Shown here: in pieces, positions 13,029-25,100 of the stretch
Layout: the number at the start of each line of letters is the position of its first letter
Position numbering within the stretch: the stretch's first letter is position 1
Origin: Eledone cirrhosa
Lineage: Eukaryota
Length of the DNA: 64,000 nucleotides
Reading direction: 5' to 3'
NCBI GenBank assembly: GCA_964016885.1
Contig: OZ024741.1
Location: 205,654,001-205,718,000 of the forward strand
Program-made: the position numbers and the translations under genes
Notes under the pieces: model-generated
Database searches by the model: none
What the model saw: the letters and a program-made list of their open reading frames with translations, nothing else
Told to the model about the DNA's origin: nothing

Positions 13029-13068
<40 letters not shown>

Positions 13069-13073
<5 letters not shown>

Positions 13074-16000
13074 AGGATGAATATAAAATGAAAGTGCTTT
13101 TTGTTAAAAAAGGAATTTATTAGGTATTGACATACGTTTCTGTAACAGACCGAATACCTATGTATCGCTGCTTGCGTAATCATATAATGTTAGCAAGTAT
13201 TCGATAGCAAATGTATAATCAGTTGTCACTTCTTCAGAGATTTTGGATAAATTGGATAAAATCAGAAAAATTGAAGTATTTATATTAGTAAAAGAGGAAG
13301 GAACAGAGGGGATAGTATATGACAGATGGTAAATTAATTTACTGCTAAACAAGTATATAATGGGTTTCTAATGAGAATACCATGAGTAAATCTAAATAAG
13401 AATTTTGGGAGTGCCAATTTTAATCTCTACTTGACCAACTGGACAGTGGACAGGGCTGGTCATTTGGTGCAGTAGTATTAATTATAAAGTGTCAATTGGG
13501 GAAGGGGGAGATTTCGATTGCTACTAAATAACATCAATGCTAGTAGCCAGCTGGTATATGCATTAGGGAATTGAATCAAGAAATCAGAAATCTCATTTTA
13601 TCTATAGCAGTTTGTATTAAAAGGTAAATAATAGAAGAGTTGATAGAATTAAGACTAATAAAGAATGTTAATATCTATTTTGACAATCAAACGGGGATAG
13701 AGACAGGCGTTCAATCCTGGTAGTATTTATAATATGAAAATGTAGATTTTAAGCGATGGTTACAGTATAACGATCGCTCTATTCTGTTATTTAATAAAAT
13801 GTTTTTGGATTTCATAATACAAAATAATTCTACATTACATAATTTACAAAATTCCTGTCCATGGGGGGGGGGGGGGGGGGGGGCAGCCGCTATTATATCC
13901 CATTTTAGGTGAAATTGTTGGTTATTTTCACGCAGCTGCCAAGCCTTGTCTGCGAGTGTTGTTACATAACGCTGGTTTTCATGTTTTATCGAGTAACGAT
14001 GTCTATAAAGGCGTGATTTGAAGGAGGTGGCTGTAGATCCCACATAGTACCACTTCTGTCTATCCGATTCGATAGTACATTTGTATACGATGTTGCGTTC
14101 AAGACACTGATTGTTCAACGGACACATTCCTGGTTGGACACAGTTGCAATTATAATTTTGCGTTGTTGTATTGCCATGGATGGGTTGATGAGGTTGCTTA
14201 TGTAGGACAGGATGTTGTTTGTTGTTTTGTGATGTTATAGCTAATGTTTTACGTGTATTGTTATGTGTTGGAAGGCGTTTATACAACCGTTTTGCGTTAA
14301 GCTTTTTTATATGTTGTTCAATATTAGGGGCGGTTGAATATGAAAGTCGAATAGTGTTAGGGTTTAAGATTTTATTATATTTATGTGATGTTGGAAAGTG
14401 TTTTTTAACTAATCGAAAGAATTTTGAGGGTAGATTGGTTTTAATAGAGTTGTTATAGACCGGGTTGTACCAAATATACTCCTTACATCGCCTTCTGTTT
14501 GGTGGTGTGCGACTATTATTGTGTCTATTGCGGTAGTGTATGTATGGTGGTGATTCTGTGCTATTTCTACTCCTATGTGATTTATTTTGGGTGTTTTGGT
14601 GATCTTTGACTATATACTCTATATTATCTAGGTGACCGGCTTTCCTAAGTGCATCATCATAATACTCGGCATGTTCTTTGAAGGTTTGTTGGTTGGACGA
14701 CAGGCGGGAGATCCTAAGAGAAACATTTCTAGGGATGGATTTAATTATAGAGAGTGGATGGTTAGAACTCGTATTTACATATTTAAGGTTCTCATTTAGT
14801 TTATGGAACGGTTTAATCGTATCTGTATTGAGATTGAAAGTAACATCAAGGAAATTGACCTCTTTGAGGTTATATTCAAATGTAATATTTAATCCTAGTT
14901 CCTTAAAAAGCTTTCTGATATTTTTACGCATCCTTTCTAAATTCTGGTTATTCATATGCTTAACTAATAGGAGCGCATCGTCACGGTAGATTCCACCGTG
15001 GAGATCCTTGAATTTTCCTTGTAATCTGTGGGTGATATAAATTCCCACAAGATCTGTTACTTCCGCCGAATCATTAGAACCCATAGTGATATCAAAATTA
15101 GAAGGTCTATCTTTGCGAACCCAGTAGCTATCATCGAATTTAACTATAGTTTTCCTCGCTTCCATAATAATTTTAATTTCAGCATCCGTAAGGTCGGAAT
15201 TATCCTTAGCGAACGAAAGAGCTTCATGTAGAGTATCAGGTGAAATTGAGGAATAATATTCATCAATATCAAACTGAATAAATTTTGATTTTTTCTTATC
15301 AGTAATGTTATTAAACCATCTTATTGCTTCATGAGTGTTACCCCATAGTTTAATCTCTACTTTAACCTTAACTTGGGGGATAATTCTGTCTAGTATATAT
15401 TTGCTAATTTTGCCTATATCAGATTTAGAGGGGCATATAAGTCTAATATTAGGGTTAGTATCGAAGTTTACCTTGTGGTCCTTCAGGTTGAAGGATGGTA
15501 TAGCTGGTGTTAAGGGTTGCGTTCTATCGTCAATACAAAGTTTTTTAACAATATCACATGCCGAGTTGTTGATGTTTTTAAGTGTAGCTTCATTAGTTTT
15601 CCTGTATTTTTTATGCAATTCCTTACGGATGAAGTTATTGTAAGTGTCCACATCCATGGTATATACGTTTGATGTTTTGTCTGCTCTAACAATAATTCCA
15701 TTGGCGTTTTTTAGATTATTGAGCAGTGCCGTGATGTCATTCTGTAGTTTATTGTTCTTCCGTTTTGTAAATTTGATCTCCATGATCATATCCATTAGGT
15801 CTTGTTCAAATGCATCCAAAAGTGGGTTTGAGGGTGGGTTCTTGTAAGATTTAAATCCAAATTTATCCTTGTTAAGATCCGATGTTTGGTTTATACGGCT
15901 TTTGTCAAAATGGAATGTTTTCCATCTGATTCGTCGAATAAAATCATTGGTCCTTCGTATCATACCTAGAATATATTCCCTTTTTGCCTGAATAGGTATG

Positions 16001-16596
16001 TTTTTTAACGACATATCCAATTGGTGCCTTTCCATTTTAGAGGCGTATGCTGAATTAGTTGCTCAACTGTATAGGAGATTAATAAAATTTCAGGTTATCA
16101 ATAATGTAGTGATAATATATCGTTACGTTAGAGATGAACAGCGTACGTGCAGGTTTGCTCAACGAGTATAAATTATATTCCGGAGAAAATGTAGAAAGGA
16201 TGAATATAAAATGAAAGTGCTTTTTGTTAAAAAAGGAATTTATTAGGTATTGACATATGTTTCTGTAACAGACCGAATACCTATGTATCGCTGCTTGCGT
16301 AATCATATAATGTTAGCAAGTATTCGATAGCAAATGTATAATCAGTTGTCACTTCTTCAGAGATTTTGGATAAATTGGATAAAATCAGAAAAATTGAAGT
16401 ATTTATATTAGTAAAAGAGGAAGGAACAGAGGGGATAGTATATGACAGATGGTAAATTAATTTACATGACAGATGGTAAATTAATTTACTGCTAAACAAG
16501 TATATAATGGGTTTCTAATGAGAATACCATGAGTAAATCTAAATAAGAATTTTGGGAGTGCCAATTTTAATCTCTACTTGACCAACTGGACAGTGG
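13069..16596 (-). mobile_element. Penelope-like element with intact ORF and direct pseudo-LTRs (13069-13449 and 16192-16596), inserted at (TA)n
   Basis: ~380-bp near-identical direct repeats (the second has a 24-bp internal tandem duplication) flank an RT/GIY-YIG ORF. Confidence 0.93.
13711..16035 (-). CDS. PLE reverse transcriptase - GIY-YIG endonuclease polyprotein, 774 aa (probably Nematis/Neptune-type)
   Basis: SLKNIP, ADKTSN, LKDHK, QFDIDEYYSSI, TMGS, IYRDDAL, VNFLDV, SNHP, CNC...CPLNNQCL..NIVY...YYVGST..FKSR, CKLC..E; no stops. Confidence 0.93.
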   Translation of the reverse strand: MERHQLDMSLKNIPIQAKREYILGMIRRTNDFIRRIRWKTFHFDKSRINQTSDLNKDKFGFKSYKNPPSNPLLDAFEQDLMDMIMEIKFTKRKNNKLQNDITALLNNLKNANGIIVRADKTSNVYTMDVDTYNNFIRKELHKKYRKTNEATLKNINNSACDIVKKLCIDDRTQPLTPAIPSFNLKDHKVNFDTNPNIRLICPSKSDIGKISKYILDRIIPQVKVKVEIKLWGNTHEAIRWFNNITDKKKSKFIQFDIDEYYSSISPDTLHEALSFAKDNSDLTDAEIKIIMEARKTIVKFDDSYWVRKDRPSNFDITMGSNDSAEVTDLVGIYITHRLQGKFKDLHGGIYRDDALLLVKHMNNQNLERMRKNIRKLFKELGLNITFEYNLKEVNFLDVTFNLNTDTIKPFHKLNENLKYVNTSSNHPLSIIKSIPRNVSLRISRLSSNQQTFKEHAEYYDDALRKAGHLDNIEYIVKDHQNTQNKSHRSRNSTESPPYIHYRNRHNNSRTPPNRRRCKEYIWYNPVYNNSIKTNLPSKFFRLVKKHFPTSHKYNKILNPNTIRLSYSTAPNIEQHIKKLNAKRLYKRLPTHNNTRKTLAITSQNNKQHPVLHKQPHQPIHGNTTTQNYNCNCVQPGMCPLNNQCLERNIVYKCTIESDRQKWYYVGSTATSFKSRLYRHRYSIKHENQRYVTTLADKAWQLRENNQQFHLKWDIIAAAPPPPPPHGQEFCKLCNVELFCIMKSKNILLNNRIERSLYCNHRLKSTFSYYKYYQD

Positions 16597-16605
16597 TCGC
16601 CCTGT

Positions 16606-16654
<49 letters not shown>

Positions 16655-16659
<5 letters not shown>

Positions 16660-17823
16660 ACAGGGCGACCCTTTGGGACCCCTCCTGTTCGCCCTTGATA
16701 TTGACCACATCGCCCGGCGTATCACGACCGCTCTCAACGTTTATCTGGATGATGCTACGTTAGGCGGGCCCGTACGGACTGTCTGCCATGAGCTTCAATG
16801 GGTGGTTCCTGCCCTGGCGAGAATCGGCCTCCAGGTCAACTCGGCCAAGTTGGAGGTGGTGAATGTCAGCCTCGATGCTGAGAGCTTTGCAGCCTCCGTC
16901 TTGGACGTGCGGTCCTTTCTTCACCAGGTTCAGGTGACCCCCAAAGAGGATGTCCTCATCCTCGGGTCACTGATTCGCCTGCCGGCCACCCGCTCCACCA
17001 TCAGGTCCAGGCTTCAACAACTCCAGACTCTCACGAGCCGACTGGGCTTGATTGACCGCCACCCAGCTCTCTTGCTGCTGAGGAACTGCTTCGCCATGCC
17101 GAAGCTCCTCTATACACTCCGCAGCACTCCGTGCTCCACCCAGACATCTCTCCTCACTGACCTCGATACTTGTATCCGAACAGCAGCAGCCGAGGGGATA
17201 TGCAACGCTAAGTTTGACGACATAGGGTGGCAACAGGCCACTTTACCTGTCAGGTATGGCGGCCTTGGCCTCTGGTCCCCGATCTCACTATCTTTGCCGG
17301 CGTATCTTTGGTCGGTAACCTCGTGCCGCGTCCTCGTCAGCAGGGTTCTTCAAAACACAACAGAACCCTCTGTGTTCAGAGGACGTGAGGCCGCCTATGA
17401 GACGTGGGACCGGCTCGGACTTAGCCTAGTAGACATCCCTCCTCCTTAACCCCTTCTTGACGTCAAGTCCCCCCAACACACCTGGGATGCCATCCAGTGC
17501 AGCCTGGCCTCAGACAGGCTCACGCGCCAGCTCGACCAGCACCGCCTTACTTCTGGTGTCCTCGACCCCAGGGCTACCTCTTTACTCACCACCATAGGCG
17601 ATGAGCTGGCCAGCCGTAGGTGTGAGCCCCGCGAGTTGGAGTGGCTTTTCCAGCGCGTCTCCCTTGCCGTCCTCCGGGGAAATGCCTTCTCCATTCTGTG
17701 CGCCGGGGCTGTGGGTGGGCCCCATTGCGTATCATTTTTGTAAATATGACAACATATTTTATTGTTGATGTTATTGTTTTCGTTATACGCTATTTCTCTA
17801 TATAAAAAAAAAGAAAAAAAAAA
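16655..17823 (+). mobile_element. 5'-truncated, internally deleted CRE-like (RLE-type) non-LTR retrotransposon with poly(A) tail
   Basis: QQGDPLGPLLFAL, YLDD, IGLQVN..K, LLLLRNCF..PKLLY.LR, QATLPVRYGGLGL; C-terminal WLFQRVSLAVLRGNA near 17640-17690; A-rich tail at 17804-17823. Confidence 0.85.
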
Positions 17824-18561
17824 GTTAGAGAAACAACAAGAATATTAATAATAACACAGATACATTGTAGGTCGCTTTAACCCGTATTTTATTATTCAAA
17901 AAAATTCTTGCCAATAAACATTAACCCTTTGTGCACCATTCATCTAACTGTAGACCAACAAATACCAAGTAAACATTGACAAGTAAACGTTGACAAGAAC
18001 GATGGCGATTGAATCTTCGAGGTAAGTAGTTTCCTCCCGAGCTGTTAGTTCACGCGGGATTCTCTGCTACAGCTTTTCGTAATAATACCGAACAACGTAC
18101 TGCTGGTCACTCCTTCCTCCAAAAGCCGTACAAAGCGGACATATGCACCGGGTAGATGGATCGGGTGCAAATCTACACCAGACCTACGCGAGAAATTCGC
18201 AAGGGACTGCACCGAGAGGGATAGAGAGAAAGAGTAACTTAGTGGAAAGAGTGCGAATGAACTTTTGAGGTAAGTAGCCTACGCCTTACTGCTATGACAC
18301 TGGAACCTTCTGCCAACTTAACTTGTGACTTTCTCTTTCACATTTACTCCAAAAGGCCAAAACAGAGGAACATGAAAAGAAGGGGCTCAACAATATTTCT
18401 ATGAACAATGCACGTAGACAGCTAAACTTTACTTTCAACTAAACAAGTTTCCTGTCGGTATATTTTCGTGAGTTTTTAACAGGCAGTCACAAATAAACGT
18501 TTCTCATTGGAGGTGCTATTACTAATGCTCTTACCCGTGCAACGCCGGGATACACTGCTAG

Positions 18562-19175
18562 TAATTTAATAAAATGGTTCCCCCAGCGTTATAATCTATT
18601 TGCTGTATGGGTGGAATTCCCTTCTTTGATCTGTAAATTGACAACAAAGGACGGTGATCAGTCTGTAAACGATAACTCCTTCCGCGAATGAACTACAGCT
18701 TTCGTGCTACCGTAATCGTATTTGTGCAGAATCACGGCGCCAATACCATACCCACTAACATCTGAAGCCAATACGATTCCTATTTTTAGGTCAAAATGCG
18801 CTAATGATAAGTCCGATGTTAATATTTTTTTAATTTCTTCAAATGCCTTCTGGCACTTAAGACCAATTCCATTTTGCGTTTTTTTTTTCTAGAAAATTAT
18901 ATATATATCTGATAATAGTTCACAAAACCCCCAAATGCTTTTAATATAGTAACATTTGTCGGCGGGGTTATATTTTTAATTGCACTTTCCCTCGACGGAT
19001 CTGGTTGACAACCATTTTTATCGATAATTTGTCCTAGGTACTTTATTCTAGGAAAGAAAAATGTGCACTTCTCAACTTGTAGGTAAGCTTCAGAAAGGCC
19101 TAATTTCGAGAAAAAGTTTCCACCGTTTAATTTCGTAAAAATTTGCTCTGGACTTGGCAACGGGTAGTTTTCGCC
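18562..19175 (-). pseudogene. Gypsy RT (internally deleted, YxDD region missing) and RNase H remnant
   Basis: LPSPEQIFTKLNGGNFFSKLGLSEAYLQV joined to EKCTFFFPRIKYLGQII; then LASDVSGYGIGAVILH...TANRL*RWGTILLNY. Confidence 0.9.
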
Positions 19176-19199
19176 GACAACCTGTTTACATAATTTTTC

Positions 19200-20015
19200 C
19201 TTGGACCTTTTTCTTGGTTTTGTTTTGCAGTCTGATTTTTTATGTCCTATTCTCCCACACTCGAAGCACTTTAAGTTTTTAAAAGAACGATCGTGTCTGA
19301 AGTGTAAACCTCCACATCCGAAACATGGATTAATTTTTTGCTTTTCGTTGTTTTACTTTTAGTCGCACTGACTGAATATGAGAGCAATCTCTCTCTTCGA
19401 TTCTTTCAGTATCGTGTCTTAGATTTATAATTTTCTGGCATTCCTCAGATATTTCCTGTAATGTTAAGTTCTGGTTCTGCTCTAATGTTGTCAGAATTCT
19501 GGTATGAATTTGCGCATCTTTCTTTGCAGTTAACCCTTGCACGAAAATTAAGCATTTAAACATGTCTGGGGTTAGTTAAAGTTTAAATCTTTCACATTCC
19601 TTGTTAACAATCCCAGTTTACGTGACAAAATCTTTGTCCTCTTTTTTCTCCAGATTCATACGCTGCCAACGGGTGTTAAATAAATAACTTTTCTCGCTAA
19701 AATCTTTTGACAGGATATTTACTGTTTCCTCAAACCAGATCCTACCTGGTTTCTTCGGTAATATGTAGTTGCAGTATTTTTCATGTTCGACTGGTGCTAA
19801 TTTTCTCAACAAAAGTCGTTTTTTTTCCTCGTCTTCCCAGTCGCTGCATTTTTCTCGGAAAATTTCCTCATGTCTTCTGGGTTATATGCGAATTCTCCTA
19901 TTGAGTTTGCCACAGCATCAGGAGTGAACAAACTTGACGTATTTTCATTTTTCTTCTGTATTAGTTCTATTAACTGTTGTTGCAACTGTAACACTTGGAC
20001 TAGTTAATCTGCCAT
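19200..20015 (-). pseudogene. Gypsy gag remnant with tandem zinc knuckles
   Basis: SIGEFAYNPED, LRKL...EHEKYCNYILPKKP, FKCLIFVQGL..DAQI.TRIL, CFGCGGLH.. and CFECGRIGHKKSDC. Confidence 0.88.
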
Positions 20016-20093
20016 GGTAAGGAGAATCTTTTTTTTGGAGGGGGGGGGGGGGGTTACAAGAAAAAAAATCAGCCCAGCATAAGCTTCGAATAA

Positions 20094-20270
20094 CTCGTTG
20101 CCACTATTATAATGGTGTGACACACCTGTCTTTTATATCTATGAAACGAGAGTAACACCCAAAGTATTCACCAGGTGTACACACAATTCCCGTGACAGTT
20201 CACTTTAGTTCTTATATTAAATAGTTTCGTCTAGTCCACTTTTAGTTACGCGGGGGTATTCAGGGATACA
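20094..20270 (-). repeat. Gypsy 5' LTR (20105-20270) and primer-binding site (TGGCAACGAG, 20094-20103)
   Basis: Homology to 1195-1370; the TGG-starting PBS lies immediately 3' of the LTR on the minus strand. Confidence 0.8.
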
Positions 20271-20450
20271 AACAGGGAATTTGAGAATTTGAACGGCAGC
20301 TCGGTAGAGAGAGGGATGTGAGGAATCTTGGGAATAGATGCATTTTCTCCTTGATGATTGGAGATCCACCTGAGATGATTCAACATCCACCTGACTGTTA
20401 AGCGTGTGCCATCGCATAGATGGTTTCTCAATAGGATGACGGGAGTTCCA
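20271..20450 (-). pseudogene. Helitron PIF1-type helicase remnant (5' half of the split gene)
   Basis: GTPVILLRN.HLCDGTRLTV...GENASIPKIPHIPLSTELPFKF../FPV matches the LLRNL..LCNGTRL..IPRI..LPF.F.R.QFP motif. Confidence 0.88.
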
Positions 20451-20649
20451 ATCTTTTATATCATATATAGATATAGATAATTACACATAAATGTGTGTGT
20501 GTGTGTATGTGTGTGTGTAAACCAGTGTTCGAATCCACACAGACACATATGGTATATCATTATGGTTGATTAATGTTAAATAGTTGAAATATTTGGTTTG
20601 CCATCCTTGATATTTTTTTTCTAGAATTAGTCATTTTGACAAGATTGAC

Positions 20650-21510
20650 ATGCCCAGCTGGGCTGGAAGTGGTATCAAGACTGGTGGCTGTAAGAACAGT
20701 CGACTTGAATTTGCAGACAATATGTTGCTTCTTAATTCATCGGTAGGTGATCTCCGACATGCACTTTATAGATTGCTGCCAGCTGCTGTAATTCAGGAAT
20801 GAAAATCAGTGCTGCGAAGACTGGGACACTTGTCCTCTCAGAAAGCCTGCGCAGTGCACTCTACATATGAATGGAGTTACATAGATGTAGGTGGAGATGT
20901 TCAATTGCCTTGGAGTCGTTTTCGTGAATGATGGAAGGCAAGAGGCTGAATTAAGTGCAAATATTGCAGGAGCTGGAGTAGTAATGCGCCAGCTTCAGCA
21001 CTCGGTCATCAGAAGAAGGGAGGTAGGCATCAAAGCCAAACTCACAATCTTCAATTCGTTGTGCGTGCCTGCTCTTACCTATGGTAATGAATCTAGGGTT
21101 ATGACCGAAAGAATACGATCGCGAATACAAGCAGCCGAAATGGGATTTCTCCAGAGTGTCTTTGGTGTAGTTACTCGACAGATTGTGTAGTTCGGAGCTC
21201 AGGGAGTCGTTTCAGGTTGATCCACTATTTGTTCCCATCGATAGATCACTGCTCCAGTATTACAGACATATGTTTATAATGTCTAAGGGAAGAATCACTG
21301 GATAGATTATATGGGCAAAGCCAACCGGAAGGAGATCCGGAGATAGACCACGAGTAAAATGGCTGTATAACATCCTTGAGCTTAGCTATTCTCGCTTGGG
21401 ATCTCACCGAATCATATGAAAACAGTTGCTTTTGATATGACCCTTTGGAAGGCGTGCCTGAGAACTCTGTTTCTACGACCCTCCTATTAATAAGTGGGCG
21501 AAGAAGAAGA
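20650..21510 (+). mobile_element. 5'-truncated, degenerate RTE-clade LINE (Rex3/Expander-like)
   Basis: FADNM.., GMKIS..KT, LGVVF.NDGR, KAKLTIFNSLCVPALTYGNESRVMTERIRSRIQAAEMGFL; (GAA)n-like end. Confidence 0.85.
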
Positions 21511-21706
21511 GAATATGGCTGTTCTCATTATTGAGGGTGTAATTTTAATTAATTGGAATTCCTTGGCTTAAAACATCAAATATACCGGTTCCTATTTTAC
21601 TATGAAGTTTTAAAGCAGCAGGTGTCTCTAGGTAAATTTCCGCAACCATTCCCTTATCCATAACCCCTACTATTGTGTATGAATTTGAAGCTATAATAGA
21701 AATCAA

Positions 21707-21742
<36 letters not shown>

Positions 21743-21772
21743 CAGTAGTAGTGGTGGTCGTCGTCGTCATGA

Positions 21773-21813
<41 letters not shown>

Positions 21814-21831
21814 TAGTAGTAGTAGTAGTAG
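21707..21831. repeat. (AGT)n microsatellite grading into degenerate (GGT)n
   Basis: Direct reading. Confidence 0.9.
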
Positions 21832-22179
21832 TGATGTTGGTGGTAGTGGTGTTGGATGTGATGGTAGGAGTATGTGTTGTGGTTGTGAGGGTATGATGGT
21901 ATGAATGGTAGTGGTGGTATAAGTAGTAATTGTTTTGAAGGTAAATACAAGTTGTGTGTTGTTGGTATCAATATCTGAAGATGGTGGTGATGATGTTAGT
22001 GATGATGGTGATGGCAAAAGAGCTTGTGGTGGTGGAGGCGATGGCTTTTGGTAGTAGCGTAGGTAACGGTAGTGATGGAAGCACTGATGGTGGTGGCGGT
22101 GGTGGGCTTAGTAGAGTTGGTGATGTAGATATGGCGGTGACAATGGAGGTGTTGATGGTGATAGTAGTGAAGATTTTAG

Positions 22180-25100
22180 TGGTGGTGATGGTGGTGGTGG
22201 TGGCAGTGTTGGTGATGGTGGTAATGATGGTGGTGGTGGCAGTGTTGGTGATGGTGGTAATGATGGTGGTGGTGGCAGTGTTGGTGTTGGTAATGGCGGT
22301 GATGGTCGTGGTGGTGGCAGTGTTGGTGATGGTGGTAATGATGGTTGTGGTGGCAGTGTTGGTGATGGTGGTAATGATGGTGGTGTTGGCAGTGTTGGTG
22401 ATGGTGGTAATGGTGGTGGTGGTGGCAGTGTTGGTGATGGTGGTAATGATGGTGGTGGTGGCAGTGTTGGTGTTGGTAATGGCGGTGATGGTGGTGGTGG
22501 TGGCAGTGTTGGTGATGGTGGTAATGATGGTTGTGGTGGCAGTGTTGGTGATGGTGGTAATGATGGTAGTGTTGGCAGTGTTGGTGATGGTGGTAATGAT
22601 GGTGGTGGTGGCAGTGTTGGTGATGGTGGTAATGATGGTGGTGGCGGCAGTGTTGGTGATGGTGGTAATGATGGTGGTGGTGGCAGTGTTGGTGTTGGTG
22701 ATGGTGATGGTGGTGGCAGTGTTGGTGATCGTGGTAATGATGGTGGTGGTGGCAGTGTTGGTGATCGTGGTAATGATGGTGGTGGTGGCAGTGTTGGTGA
22801 TGGTGATGGTGGTGGCAGTGTTGGTGGTGGTGGTAATGATGGTGGTGGTGGCAGTGTTGGTGTTGGTGATGGTGGTGGTGGTGGAGGCAGTGTTAGTGAT
22901 CGTGGTAATGATGGTGGTGGTGGCAGTGTTGGTGATCGTGGTAATGATGGTGGTGGTGGCAGTGTTGGTGATCGTGGTAATGATGGTGGTGGTGGCAGTG
23001 TTGGTGATGGTAATGGTGGTGGTGGTGGTGGCAGTGTTGGTGATCGTGGTAATGATGGTGGCGGTGGCAGTGTTGGTGTTGGTGATGGTGGTGGTGGTGG
23101 CAGTGTTGGTGTTGGTGATGGTGGTGGTGGTGGTGGCAGTGTTGGTGATGGTGGTAATGATGGTGGTGGTGGCAGTGTTGGTGTTGGTGATGGTGGTGGT
23201 GGTGGTGGCAGTGTTGGTGATGGTGGTAATGATGGTGGTGGTGGCAGTGTTGGTGATGGTGGTAATGATGGTGGTGGTGGCAGTGTTGGTGATGGTGGTA
23301 ATGATGGTGGTGGTGGCAGTGTTGGTGATCGTGGTAATGATGGTGGTGGTAGTAGTGTTGGTGTTGATGATGGTGGTAATGATGGTGGTGGTGGCAGTGT
23401 TGATGTTGGTGTTGGTGCTAATCGTGGTGGTGGTGGCAGTGTTGGTGGTGGTGATCGTGGTAATAATGATGGTGGTGGCAGTGTTGGTGATGGTGGTAAC
23501 AATGGTGGTGGTGGCAGTGTTGGTGTTGGTGGTAATGATGGTGGTGGTGGCAGTGTTGATGTTGGTGTTGGTGCTAATGATGGTGGTGGTGGCAGTGTTG
23601 GTGATGGTGGTAATGATGGTGGTGGCAGTGTTGGTGATGGTGGTAATGATGGTGGTGGTGGCAGTGTTGATGTTGGTGTTGGTGCTAATGATGGTGGTGG
23701 TGGCAGTGTGGTTGATGGTGGTAATGATGGTGGTGGCAGTGTTGGTGATGGTGGTAATGATGGTGGTGGCAGTGTTGGTGATGGTGGTAATGATGGTGGT
23801 GGCGGCAGTGTTGGTGATGGTGGTAATGATGGTGGTGGCGGCAGTGTTGGTGATGGTGGTAATGATGGTGATGGTGGCAGTGTTGGTGTTGGTGATGGTG
23901 GTAATGATAGTTGTGGTGGCAGTGTTGGTGATGGTGGTAATGATGGTGGTGGTGGCAGTGTTGGTGATGGTGGTAATGATGGTGGTGGTGGAAGTGTTGG
24001 TGATGGTGGTAATGATGGTGATGGTGGCAGTGTTGGTGATGGTGGTAATGATGGTGGTGGCAGTGTTGGTGATGGTGGTAATGATGGTGGTAGTGGCAGT
24101 GTTGGTGTTGGTGGTAATGATGGTGGTGGCGGCAGTGTTGGTGATGGTGGTAATGATGGTGATGGTGGCAGTGTTGGTGTTGGTGATGGTGGTAATGATG
24201 GTGGTGGTGGCAGTGTTGGTGATCGTGGTAATGATGGTGGTGGTGGCAGTGTTGGTGATGGTGGTAATGATGGTGGTGGTGGAAGTATTGGTGATGGTAG
24301 TAATGATGGTGGTGGTGGCAGTGTTGGTGATGGTGGTAATGATGGTGGTGGCAGTGTTGGTGATGGTGGTAATGATGGTAGTAGTGGCAGTGTTGGTGTT
24401 GGTGGTAATGATGGTGGTGGCGGCAGTGTTGGTGATGGTGGTAATGATGGTGGTGGTGGCAGTGTTGGTGTTGGTGATGGTGGTAATGATGGTGGTGGTG
24501 GCAGTGTTGGTGTTGGTGATGGTGGTAATGATGGTGGTGGTGGCAGTGTTGGTGATCGTGGTAATGATGGTGGTGGTGGCAGTGTTGGTGATGGTGGTAA
24601 TGATGGTGGTGGTGGAAGTGTTGGTGATGGTAGTAATGATGGTGGTGGTGGCAGTGTTGGTGATGGTAGTAATGATGGTGGTGGTGGCAGTGTTGGTGAT
24701 GGTGGTCATGATGGTGGTGGTGGCAGTGTTGGTGATGGTGGTAATGATGGTGGTGGTGGAAGTGTTGGTGATCGTGGTAATGATGGTGGTGGTGGCAGTC
24801 TTGATGTTGGTGATGGTGCTAATGGTGGTGGTGGCAGTGTTGACGTTGGTGATGGTGCTAATGGTGGTGGTAGTGGCAGTGTTGGTGATGGTGGTAATGA
24901 TGGTGGTGGTGGCAGTGTTGGTGATGGTGGTAATGATGGTGGTGGTGGCAGTCTTGATGTTGGTGATGGTGGGGGTGGCAGTGTTGATGTTGGTGATGGT
25001 GCTAATGGTGGCAGTGTTGACGTTGGTGATGGTGCTAATGGTGGTGGTGGTGGCAGTGTTGGTGATAGTGCTAATGGTGGTGGTGGTGGCAGTGTTGGTG

